Origin: Macrostomum lignano
Lineage: Eukaryota
Assembly (NCBI GenBank): GCA_002269645.1
Contig: NIVC01000027.1
Coordinates: 124,001-188,000, forward strand
Length of the DNA: 64,000 nt
Direction: 5' to 3'
In this document: piece by piece, positions 1 through 12,400 of the stretch
How positions within the stretch are numbered: the first letter of the stretch is position 1
How the letters are laid out: every line of letters starts with the position of its first letter
Notes under the pieces: model-generated
Told to the model about the DNA's origin: nothing
Seen by the model: only the letters and a program-made list of their open reading frames with translations
Database searches by the model: none
Translations under genes and position numbers: made by a program

Positions 1-216
1 CCCTAATTGTCAAATATATTGTAAGAGCTGGGTTAGAGAATGAAGCCCCACACACCACCCACCTCACACCAATATACTTTAGGCTAGAAAACAAGGTTGG
101 CTGTACTCACCCTTAACATGCACGTTGCAACAAGCAGCAATCCTCCCCCCCCCCCAGACAGTGACTGAACCTTACATACGCAGAAGACAGCCCGTTATGT
201 AAAAGTCCATAAAATA

Positions 217-757
<541 letters not shown>

Positions 758-792
758 GTGTCCCATCAACCGCAGCCGCTCCATCACCGCAG

Positions 793-1046
793 GCGAGCTG
801 CTCACCACAGCCGCTTGGATTCGCAAATTCGTCACCGAGCACCCGGCCTACCAGCGCGACTCCCGCTGCACGGAGGCGATCAGCTCGGATCTGATGGCCA
901 AATGCGTGGAAATCACTCAGGGCTCGTACAGGCCTGACGAATTATTGCCCTGCACTAGCAGTAAAACCAGCGACACTCTGCCTCAGGTGATCTCGGACGC
1001 TGAGCTCTACTTGGACAACCGTCCGAGACGCAACGGTCCGAAATGA
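793..1046 (+). CDS. GCLC: Glutamate-cysteine ligase catalytic subunit, final coding exon (gene continues upstream of the window)
   Basis: Acceptor ccgcAG at 791-792. Translation GELLTTAAWIRKFVTEHPAYQRDSRCTEAISSDLMAKC matches the GCLC C-terminal motif GEL.T.A.W.R.F...HP.Y..DS. TGA at 1044-1046 and AATAAA at 2032-2037. Confidence 0.88.
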
Positions 1047-2300
1047 TGCTCGAAGTTTCTTTTTTTGTTATTTAGTTTTAATCGACATTTCAATTGCAGC
1101 CGTAGAAAAACTATTCAAACTACTGATAGTTGGCTTGTGAGTAGTGCAAAACATTTTTAAGAGAGCGAATAGAAAAAGTAAACTAGGCAAAAAAGAACAT
1201 TTTTCATTGTGTTGCTACTTATTACTTTTTTCTATCAGTAGTAATGGCATAGCATTATTTTCTTTTAAATTTATTTCTTTCGTATTTTTTTTCATTGCTA
1301 AATGCAAGAATTTCAAAAAAGCAATAAAATCAAATCAACTGTCGTCATGTCAAAGATCGCAAGTTGTCGCAGTTTTTTTTAATTTAAAATAGTTCAGCTT
1401 ATTTATTTGTCATTCCGATGGAGCACGCTTTGAAATCTTTAATTTTTAGATAGAGTCTGTAGTATAGTTATTTACGAGATGCACTTTTGTGTAATATATA
1501 ATAAGGAGCAATAAGTTATATTTTTAATGAGTTTCCATAGGTACGATTTGTTTTAAATCTGTAATTTTTCTTTCTGGCTTGAACACTGCAGACTGGCTTG
1601 TTATATTATATTCCAGAATTTTTAGGACTGTTCATTTCATATTTAGTGTGCTCTGCTGTGCTCGAATCACTAGGCAACTGTAATTGTAATTCACTTCGAA
1701 CGTTTTTCTATCTATCTATTCCAATATAATTGTTTTCTATATTTAATCAAAGTTTTATTTATTTTTTTGTGAAATGAAAATGCTGTTTATATGCCTTATA
1801 GTAGAGCTTCAGTAGTGGCCGATGCAAGATACTATTGTAAAATTTGGTGTTACGCAATGCCTCATCCTTAAGATGCTGACATGTTGGGTTTTTTTATTTT
1901 CTTTTGTTTAGAATAGCGCCTCCCTGTAACGACTGAATGTCAAATGATGAGAAGAGATACAAATGCAACCATATTTTCTAATGCCTACTCAAGATACTGA
2001 TCAGTAGTAGTATAAACTTTCTACGGCGACGAATAAAATCTTTATTTTTGTGCATTGTAATACAAATACTCTATTTTTACTACTGCGTTAGTTAGTAGTC
2101 TGCTATGCAGCGTCTGAAGCAAATGTTATTATTTAGTCTTACTCTGCTATATATATTTAATGACTCAATAGTGACAATTCTTTCTACTGTTTTCTGTGTT
2201 TTAAGATGTTTCGCCAACTAAAGATACCCAGTGTGTGTTTTTTGTCTGGGTCAGTAGTTTTGCGTGCTGATTTTTTCCTTATTTTGTGTGCGACTCATTA

Positions 2301-3334
2301 GTTACTGGGCCAGCCTCCCAGATGCTCAGTTGCTGGGCCAGCCTCCCAGATGCTCAGTTACTGGGCCAGCCTCCCAAATGCTCAGTTGCTGGGCCAGCCT
2401 CCCAGATGCTCAGTTGCTGGGCCAGCAGCCTCCCAGATGCTCAGTTGCTGGGCCAGCCTCCCAGATGCTCAGTTGCTGGGCCAGCCTCCCAGATCCTCAG
2501 TTGCTGGGCCAGCCTCCCAGATCCTCAGTTGCTGGGCCAGCCTCCCAGATGCTCAGTTGCTGGGCCAGCCTCCCAGATGCTCAGTTACTGGGCCAGCCTC
2601 CCAGATGCTCAGTTACTGGGCCAGCCTCCCAGATGCTCAGCTGCTGGGCCAGCCTCCCAGAGTGTCAGTTGCTGGGCCAGCCTCCCAGATCCTCAGTTAC
2701 TGGGCCAGCCTCCCAGATGCTCAGTTGCTGGGCCAGCCTCCCAGATGCTCAGTTGCTGGGCCAGCCTTCCAGATCCTCAGTTGCTGGGCCAGCCTCCCAG
2801 ATCCTCAGTTGCTGGGCCAGCAGCCTCCCAGATGCTCAGTTGCTGGGCCAGCCTCCCAGATGCTCAGTTGCTGGGCCAGCCTCCCAGATCCTCAGTTGCT
2901 GGGCCAGCCTCCCAGATGCTCAGTTGCTGGGCCAGCCTCCCAGATGCTCAGTTACTGGGCCAGCCTCCCAGATGCTCAGTTACTGGGCCAGCCTCCCAGA
3001 TCCTCAGTTGCTGGGCCAGCCTCCCAGATGCTCAGCTGCTGGGCCAGCCTCCCAGATGCTCAGTTACTGGGCCAGCCTTCCAGATGCTCAGTTACTGGGC
3101 CAGCCTCCCAGATGCTCAGTTACTGGGCCAGCCTCCCAGATGCTCAGTTGCTGGGCCAGCCTCCCAGAGTGTCAGTTGCTGGGCCAGCCTCCCAGATGCT
3201 CAGTTACTGGGCCAGCCTCCCAGATGCTCAGTTACTGGGCCAGCCTCCCAGATCCTCAGTAGCTGTGTCAGCAGCCTCCCAGATCCTCAGTTGCTGGGTC
3301 AGCAGCCTCCCAGAGTGTCAGTTGCTGGGCCAGC
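2301..3334 (+). repeat. 28-bp minisatellite GTTGCTGGGCCAGCCTCCCAGATGCTCA, ~37 units
   Basis: Direct reading. Lies between GCLC and PRPF31. Confidence 0.97.
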
Positions 3335-3414
3335 TTTAATCCTTTTAGTCAAAAAAAAATCCATCCAAATCTTCATTCTTCAGCTCCAAAGACGCGTCAT
3401 TCGCGCACTGAGTC

Positions 3415-6400
3415 ATGTCGCTCACCGAAGAGCTCCTGGCAGATTTGGAGGAGACCGCGGCCGCCGCCGCCGACGCCATCAAGGAGGAACCGATTGACTC
3501 CGAGGAGTTCAACAATGGCGATGGCACGGACTCGGCTGCGGCCGCAGCTGCCGCCGCCGCGCAGTTGGCGGCCTCGGCCGCTAGCGGCCCGGTGCACTCG
3601 GTTGCCAAGCTGAGCGACAGCGAGCAACTGGCCCGGGTGCTGGAACAGATCGAAGCATTCGAAGCTGGCCCGAAGCGGCAGGCCAGCGAAATTCAAGGGC
3701 CCGTGAGTTGGTAGAGCCGTTTGTTAAGCATTGATGGACAGATGGTTTCGGCTCATTTCCTAGAATGAATCCGGCTGCTTTCCTAGAAAAATATCCGCTG
3801 ATTTCCTAGAAAGATATTGGCTGATTTCCTAGAACGATATTGGCTGATTTCCTAGAAAGATATTGGCTGATTTCCTAGAAAGATATTGGCTGATTTCCTA
3901 GAAAGATATTGGCTGATTTCCTAGAAAGATATTGGCTGATTTCCTAAAAAGATTACAACTCATTTCCAAGAAAAATATAGGCTTTTTCCTCGAAAGATTC
4001 TGGTTCGTTTCCTAGAAAGATATTGGCCGATTTCCTAGAAAGACATCGACGTTTCCTAGAAAATTCCGCTCATTTCTTGAAAAGATATCGGCTAATTTCT
4101 TAAAAATTCTAGATATCTTAGAAAGACATCAGTCTATTTTCTGTTAAGGCATTGCCCTAATTTCTGGAATGACAAACTTATTTGTTTAAATTAACTTGGC
4201 CCAATTTCTAGTTTTGAAGATTAGTTATTTCTAAGAAATATTCTGACTAATTTCTTGGAAAACTCGAAAAATATCTAGACTGAAATTTCGCCTAGAAAGA
4301 ATTTGTTATCGAATCCCGTTTCCCTCTCCCGCCAGGTCGAAGCGGACCCCGAATACCAGCTCATTGTCGAGGCCAACAATTTAGCCGTTAAAATTGACGA
4401 CGAAATTCACATAATTCACCGGTACTGCCGGGATAGGTACGCGACTCGATTCCCGGAGCTAGAGACCCTTGTACCGTCGCCTGTTGAGTACTTGCAAACT
4501 GTACAGCAGTTGGGCAACGAACCTTTGGAGCGGTCCAAGTGCCCCGGCACCCTCCGGCCTTACCTGGCTCCTGCCACCATCATGGTGGTGTCGGTGACCG
4601 CTTCAACTACTCAAGGCGTGAGGCTGTCCGATCAGGAGCTCGACTGGATTATGGAAGCCTGCGATATGGCTAATAAATTGCTAGTTCAACGGGAACGAAT
4701 ATTGAGCTATGTTGAGTCAAGGATGCAGCTCATTGCACCGAATTTGTCTGCTGTTGTTGGCGCCTCGGTGGCAGCTAAATTGCTGGGCTCTGCGGGTGGT
4801 CTGTCTGCCTTGATTAGAATGCCCAGCTGCAATATTCAGGTGAGTGTTGGGTACTCAGTTGATGAGTCAGCTTCTCAGATCCCCAATTTGAGCAGTCACC
4901 ATCCCAGATCCCCAATTTGAGCAGTCACCATCCCAGATCCCCAATTTGAGCAGTCACCATCCCAAATCCCCATTTTGAGCAGCTGCTATCTCAGATCCCC
5001 AATTTGAGCAGCTGCTATCCCAGATCCCCAATTTAAGCAGTCCATCCCAACTTCCCAAGATCTCCAATTTTAGCAGTCACCATTCCAGATCCCCAATTTG
5101 AGCAGTCATCATCCCAAATCCCTAATTTAAACAGTCACCATCCCAGATCCCCAATTTGAGCAGTTAAACCATCCCAAATCCCCAATTTGAGCAGCTGCTA
5201 TCCCAGATCCCCAATTTGAGCATCTGGTATCTCAGATCCCCAATTTGAGCAGCTGCTATCCCAGATCCCCAATTTGAGCATCTGGTATCTCAGATCCCCA
5301 ATTTGAGCAGCTGCTATCCCAGATCCCCAATTTGAGCATCTGGTATCCCAGATCCCCAATTTGAGCATCTGGTATCCCAGATCCTCAATTTGAGCAGCTG
5401 CTATCCCAGATCCCCAATTTGAGCAGTCCATCCCAACTTCCCAAGATCTCCAATTTGAGCAGTCACCATTCCAGATCCCCAATTTGAGCAGTCATCATTC
5501 CAGATCCCTAATTTAAACAGTCACCATCCCAGATCTCCAATTTGAGCAGTCAAACCATCCCAGATCCCCAATTTGAGCAGTAAAATCATCTCAGATCCCC
5601 AACTGGAGCAGTCACCATTCGAAATTCCAATTTGAACAGTCACCATCCCAGATCCCCAATTTGAGCAGTCAAATCATCTCAGATCCCCAATTTGAGCAGT
5701 CAAATCATCCCAGATCCCCAGTTTCCAACAAAATCAATTCAGCTTGTACATCCCAAAACCCCACCGCAGGTCCTTGGCTCCACCCGCAAGCAGCTATCTG
5801 GTTTCTCCAGCGCCACCCAGGGCCTCCACCGCGGCCATCTGTACGAGTGCGCCGCTGTCCGCTCGCTGCCGCCGGACCTCCGTAGCAAGGCCGTCCGCCT
5901 GATTGCGGCCAAGTGCACCCTGGCCGCCAGGGTGGACAATTTTCATCAGGCTCCCGACGGGAGCAGGGGTCGCCAGCTGAACATGGAATTAGAATTGAAG
6001 TTCGAGAAGCTGACCGAGCCTCCACCGGTCAAACAGGTGCGATCTGATGGGCAGAGCGGTAGTGCGAGGTTGACAAAGGAGCAGAATAGAGAGCAAGGCT
6101 CATGCAGTTGGGAAAAGGGTATTAAGCGAAGGGGAAGGCAAGTAAAGACAACTAGAAGGGATGAAGGGATAGATACATTTAAACGCATATAGAGACAGGT
6201 AGAGACAGATAGAGACAGATAGGGACAGGTAGAGACAGATAGAGACAGATAGAGACAGATAGAGACAAGTAGAGACAGGTAGAGATAGATAGAGACAGGT
6301 AGAGACAGATAGAGACAGATAGAGACAGGTGTACAGGAGAAAGACAGGTAGAGATACAGGTAGAGACAAGGGAGAGACAGGCATAGGTAAAGAGAAGGTC

Positions 6401-8099
6401 AAACTACCCTGGGCTTTGCACTACTATGAGTAGGCTAAAAAAGACATTCTTCCCACCCGCCGCTACAGGTAAAGCCGCTCACCGCGCCAATCGATCCGCC
6501 GTCGAAGAAGCGCGGCGGTCGTCGGCACCGCAAGATGAAGGAGCGACTTGGCATGACCGAGATGCGAAAGGCAGCCAATCGCATCAATTTTGGCGATGTT
6601 CAGGTACTTACTTGACTTAGCTGCATGGGGTACTGTCCAGCGGATGCAGCGGAGGGGATCGCCCATTCCGCTAGTCCCTGGCAACCTGACAGTGAGTAGT
6701 CAGGAGTCTACCTGACAGTGAGCAGTCAGGAGTCTACCTGACAGTGAGCAGTCAGGGGTCTACCTGACAGTGAGCAGTCAGGGTTCTACCTGACAGTGAG
6801 TAGTCAGGAGTCTACCTGACAGTGAGCAGTCAGGAGTCTATCTGACAGTGAGCAGTCAGGGGTCTACCTGACAGTGAGCAGTCAGGGTTCTACCTGACAG
6901 TGAGTAGTCAGGAGTCTACCTGACAGTGAGCAGTCAGGAGTTAACCTGACAGTGAGTAGTCAGGAGTCTACCTGACAGTGAGTAGTCAGGAGTCTACCTG
7001 ACAGTGAGCAGTCAGGGGTCTACCTGACAGTGAGTAGTCAGGGGTCTACCTGACAGTGAGCAGTCAGGAGTCTACCTGACAGTGAGTAGTCAGGAGTCTA
7101 CCTGACAGTGAGCAGTCAGGAGTTAACCTGACAGTGAGTAGTCAGGAGTCTACCTGACAGTGAGTAGTCAGGAGTCTACCTGACAGTGAGCAGTCAGGGG
7201 TCTACCTGACAGTGAGTAGTCAGGGGTCTACCTGACAGTGAGCAGTCAGGAGTCTACCTGACAGTGAGCAGTCAGGAGTCTACCTGACAGTGAGCAGTCA
7301 GGGGTCTACCTGACAGTGAGCAGTCAGGAGTCTACCTGACAGTGAGCAGTCAGGAGTCTACCTGACAGTGAGCAGTCAGGAGTCTACCTGACAGTGAGCA
7401 GTCAGGAGTCTACCTGACAGTGAGTAGTCAGGAGTCTACCTGACAGTGAGCAGTCAGGGGTCTACCTGACAGTGAGTAGTCAGGGGTCTACCTGACAGTG
7501 AGCAGTCAGGAGTCTACCTGACAGTGAGCAGTCAGGGGTCTACCTGACAGTGAGCAGTCAGGAGTCTACCTGACAGTGAGCAGTCAGGGGTCTACCTGAC
7601 AGTGAGCAGTCAGGAGTCTACCTGACAGTGAGCAGTCAGGTGTCTACCAGCACTGCATAGGCATAAACCAACCCTCCCTTCCCAGGACGACGCCTACCAG
7701 GAGGACCTGGGTTTCTCGCTCGGCAATCTCGGCCGTTCGTCCAGCGGCCGAATCCGCGCCCCGGTAGCTGACGCGAAGACCAAAGCCCGAGTGTCCAAAG
7801 CGCTCGCCCAGAAGCTGCAGCGTCAGGAGCAGCAGCTGCAGCGGCATCAGCTGAACCAGCTTCACGGAGGCGCCAGCACCATGAGGCGACCTGTCAGCGG
7901 CACCGTGTCCTCGGTTGCCTTCACCCCGGTGCAGGGCTTGGAGATTGTCAATCCGAGAGCGTCGGAGCGTTCGGCCGAAGAGGAGGGGGCTAATGCCAAG
8001 TATTTCGGTACAAAGAGTACTTTCTTTCACGTTGGCACGGATCTGCTGGGGGCGGCTAGGAGGGCGGCTGGAGGCCCGTCCACCTCTGGGACCAGCTGA
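3415..8099 (+). CDS. PRPF31: Pre-mRNA processing factor 31 (U4/U6 snRNP), 5 exons, ~535 aa
   Basis: Exons 3415-3702, 4336-4839, 5770-6036, 6469-6603 and 7686-8099, all with GT-AG phase-0 introns. Motifs MSL.EELLADLEE, RFPELE, TIMVVSVTASTTQG, AAKCTLAARVD, KKRGGRR.RKMKERLG, AYQEDLG and SSVAFTP.QGLEIVNP. AATAAA at 8723. Confidence 0.97.
3770..4130. repeat. 23-bp minisatellite TTGGCTGATTTCCTAGAAAGATA, PRPF31 intron 1
   Basis: Perfect core at ~3836-3950 with degenerate flanks. Confidence 0.9.
4870..5725. repeat. 29-bp minisatellite CAGTCACCATCCCAGATCCCCAATTTGAG, PRPF31 intron 2
   Basis: Direct reading. Confidence 0.95.
6190..6385. repeat. 10-bp repeat AGAGACAGRT, PRPF31 intron 3
   Basis: Direct reading. 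Confidence 0.9.
6685..7640. repeat. 26-bp minisatellite CCTGACAGTGAGCAGTCAGGAGTCTA, ~37 units, PRPF31 intron 4
   Basis: Direct reading. Each unit has an internal CCTGAC/GTCAGG inverted repeat. Confidence 0.97.
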
Positions 8100-8118
8100 G
8101 ATCGAGGGACTTGGTCGG

Positions 8119-8500
8119 AGAGTGACTCGTTTAGTGTGACTGATTGAGAGTGACTTGTTTAGAGTGACTGATTGAGAGTGACTTGTTTAGAGTGACTTGC
8201 TTAGAGTGACTTGCTTAGAGTGACTTGTTTAGAGTGACTGATTGAGAGTGACTTGCTTAGAGTGACTGATTGAGAGTGACTTGTTTAGAGTGACTTGTTT
8301 AGAGTGACTTGCTTTGAGTGACTTGTTTAGAGTGACTTGCTTTGAGTGACTTGTTTAGAGTGACTGATTGAGAGTGACTTGCTTAGAGTGACTGATTGAG
8401 AGTGACTTGTTTAGAGTGACTGATTGAGAGTGACTTGTTTAGAGTGACTGATTGAGAGTGACTTGTTTAGAGTGACTGATTGAGAGTGACCTGTTTAGAA
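8119..8500. repeat. 14-bp repeat AGAGTGACTTGTTT/AGAGTGACTGATTG in the PRPF31 3' UTR
   Basis: Direct reading. Confidence 0.93.
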
Positions 8501-9034
8501 TGGTTGATAAGTAACTGGACTGGTAACTGGTAACTGGTTAAGATGGACTTATTTAAAGTAACTGTGTGTGACCCATTCAAAGTGACTAGATGAGAGCGAC
8601 TGATTGATGAGTGCTGAGTGAGTGCTAGAAGTAATAAGAGTGACTGAGTCAAGCACGAGATTCAAAAGTACTGTGAACTAACCCCGCAGATTAGTTTTAT
8701 AGTTCACGGGTATTCAATCTTTAATAAAGTTATATTTGTCCTTTACTAAACTAACTACAGTTAGTAATCTCTGTGTTTCTGACAAACAAACTAAACTAGT
8801 TATAATTCGCGTACAAATTGCATTGCATATTGTTGACCAGTGTTGTACAAATATACTCCGCTTCTAGCCAGTCACGCCAACCTGCAATTCATTGGTGTGC
8901 GAAATCAGAAACTTTTATTGCTTTTATCTGACTTTGTATCTGACTCTGATTTTGTATATTTGGGACTTGAACAACAATTTTGACTGAAATTGGAGCAAAA
9001 AGAAAAACTTTCAAATACTGCTCATTGAAAAGCA

Positions 9035-9310
9035 GGGTAGAGTAGGGAGATGTTGGGTAGAGTAGGGAGATGTGGGGTAAAGGAGGGGATGCTGGGTAGA
9101 GTAGGGAGATGTTGGCTAGAGTAGGAAGATGTTTGGGTAGAGTGAGGAGATGTTGGGTAAAGTGGAGAGAGAAGTTGGGTAGAGTGGAGAGAGAAGTTGG
9201 GTAGAGTAGGAAGATGTTGGGTAGAGTAGGAAGATGTTGGGTAGAGTAGGAAGATGTTGGGTAGAGTAGGAAGATGTTGGGTAGAGTAGGAAGATGTTGG
9301 GTAGAGTAGA
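9035..9310. repeat. 20-bp repeat GTAGAGTAGGAAGATGTTGG in the ankyrin-gene 3' UTR
   Basis: Direct reading. Confidence 0.9.
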
Positions 9311-9428
9311 ATTGTGACAGTGGAACTGGGAAGCGGAGTTGGTAGGATGTTGAGCGAGGTGGGTAGGGTGGAGAGAGGGGCACAGCCGCACGAGAAAACA
9401 AAAATGAATATTGGTGTTAATACAATAA

Positions 9429-12400
9429 TCAGTCGGCTTTAATCTTGTTGGCCGTCCACAGCAGCGCCTTGAGTGCGTCCCACAGGCTGGCACCGTTGAG
9501 AATGAGCTGCTTTGCCAAGCTGATGTAGCCCGCTAGAGTGGCCAGGTGGACCTGCCGGGGCAGTGTGATTGATTGGCTTGCATCAATCGGCTTCTCTTTC
9601 TCCTCTGCTTTTGAAATTGTCACAATTTCTAACATCTTGGTGTAGATGCAGCTGCATGTAATTCTGCGACTTCTCTGTGACTCTCGCATGCGAAGCTGGT
9701 CGATCTCACTCTCTGACACCCCATTCTCTCTAAGCATCTCTAATATCATCATCATCTCATCATCTCACATCATCTCATACCCTCCTACACCGTCTCACAC
9801 CTCATCATGTCACACCATGATACACCCCCTCTCATCATCTCACTCTCTCACACCCTCTCATCATCTCACACTCTCTCACACCCTCTCATCCTCTCACACC
9901 CTCTTATCATCTCACACTCTCTCACACCCTCTCATCATCTCACACTCTCTCACACCCTCTTATCATCTCACACTCTCTCACACCCTCTTATCATCTCACA
10001 CTCTCTCACACCCTCTTATCATCTCACACTCTCTCACACCCTCTCATCATCTCACACTCTCTCACACCCTCTCATCATCTCACACTCTCTCACACCCTCT
10101 TATCATCTCACACTCTCTCACACCCTCTTATCATCTCACACTCTCTCACACCCTCTCTCATCATCATCATCTCACACTCTCTGACACCCTCTCAGACCCT
10201 CTCTCATCATCTCACACCCTCTAATCATCCCACACCCTCTCTAATCATCCCACACCCTCTCTAATCATCCCACACCCTCTCTAATCATCCCACACCCTCT
10301 CTAATCATCCCACACCCTCTCTAATCATCCCACACCCTCTCTAATCATCCCACACCCTCTCTAATCATCCCACACCCTCTCTAATCATCCCACACCCTCT
10401 AATCATCCCACACCCTCTCTAATCATCCCACACCCTCTCTAATCATCCCACACCCTCTCTAATCATCCCACACCCTCTCTAATCATCCCACACCCTCTCT
10501 AATCATCCCACACCCTCTCTAATCATCCCACACCCTCTCTAATCATCCCACACCCTCTCTAATCATCCCACACCCTCTCTAATCATCCCACACCCTCTCT
10601 AATCATCCCACACCCTCTCTAATCATCCCACACCCTCTCTAATCATCCCACACCCTCTAATCATCCCACACCCTCTCTAATCATCCCACACCCTCTAATC
10701 ATCCCACACCCTCTCTAATCATCCCACACCCTCTCTAATCATGCCACACCCTCTCCCAGAAGCTCAACTTTTGCCAACTCTTGTGGCCGGCCCAAGAGAC
10801 AATCAAAACAAAGCTCCGCGCAGACTAAGCTGAGGCCATCGACAATGTCATAAGTTTTTAAAATCTTTAAAATGAAAATCTGAAGAAAAATGCAGATGAG
10901 CTGAGCACTCACGGGAGTCCGGCCTCGGTGGTCCCGATTGTCAAGTCTAGCGCCGCGTTTCAACAGCAGCTGGAGGCAATCGTCGAAGCCGCGAACAGCG
11001 CACAGGTGGACCGGGGTTCGACCCTTGGAGTCGCGCGAGTCCACGGGTAGTTCGAGACTGTCGACCAGGTAGGCGAGGGTTTCCAGGTCACCGGCTAAGC
11101 AGGCCAGGTGCACAGCCGTGTAGCCGTGGGGCCTGAGCACTGCTCTGGCGTTGGCGCCCTTGAGTCGGAGCGCTCTGCAGACTGGAAGGTGGCCGTGACG
11201 GGCAGCCAAAAGAAACGGAGTCCAGCCGTGACGGTTCAGCCTGCGTGAGGCGACGGGAGGGTTACACTCGAATCTTCACAAACCCGAATCTTCACAAACC
11301 CGAATCTTCACAAACCCGAATCTTCACAAAAAATCTTCACAATCCCGAATCTTTACAAACCCGAATCTTCACAAACCCGAATCTTCACAAACCCGAATCT
11401 TCACAAACACGATCAATCTTCACAAACCCGAATCTTCACAAACTGGAATCTTCACAAACCCGAATCTTTACAAACCCGAATCTTTATAAACACGAATATT
11501 CACAAACTGGAATCTTCACAAACTGGAATCTTCACAAACCCGGATATTCACAAACCCGAATCTTCAAACACTATTAATCTTTACAAACCCGAATCTTCGC
11601 AAACCCGGGTCTTCACAAACCCGAATCTTCACAAAAAAATCTTCACAATCCCGAATCTTCACAAACACGAATCTTCACAAACCCGAATCTCCACAAACCC
11701 GAATCTTCACAAACCCGAATCTTCACAAACCCGAATCTTCACAAACCCGAATCTTTACAAACCCGAATCTTTATAAACACGAATATTCACAAACTGGAAT
11801 CTTCACAAACTGGAATCTTCACAAACCCGGATATTCACAAACCCGAATCTTCACAAACACGATCAATCTTTACAAACCCGAATCTTCGCAAACCCGGGTC
11901 TTCACAAACCCGAATTTTCACAGACCCGAATCTTTACAAAACCGAATCTCCACAAACCCGAATCCTCAATAATTCGAATCTTCACAAATCCGAGTCTTCA
12001 CAGACAGATATAGATTCGAATCGTCACAAATCTGAAACTTCAGAAACCCGAAACCTTACAGACCTGAGAATATACATGATATAAATAGAAATGACAGTGG
12101 CAGTTAAAGATGAATTCCTGAATTTACCTACTAACAATAGAAAACTAAAAAAATGAAAAACTTCTTAAAAGTCGCACAGTGAAATCTCCAGCCCAACCTG
12201 AATTATCCTACTAACAGTAGAAATGCAAGCAAATCTCACTTATCGGGATCGGCTCCCTTCCGCATCAGCAGGGTCACCACGCTGGTGTGGCCGGCTTCCG
12301 CAGCGTAGTGCATCGGAGTGGAGTGCCACGCCGTTCTCTCGTTAACCGACGCCCCGAGAAGGTCAAGTACTCCACTAGCTCGTGACTGCCCAGCTGGGAG

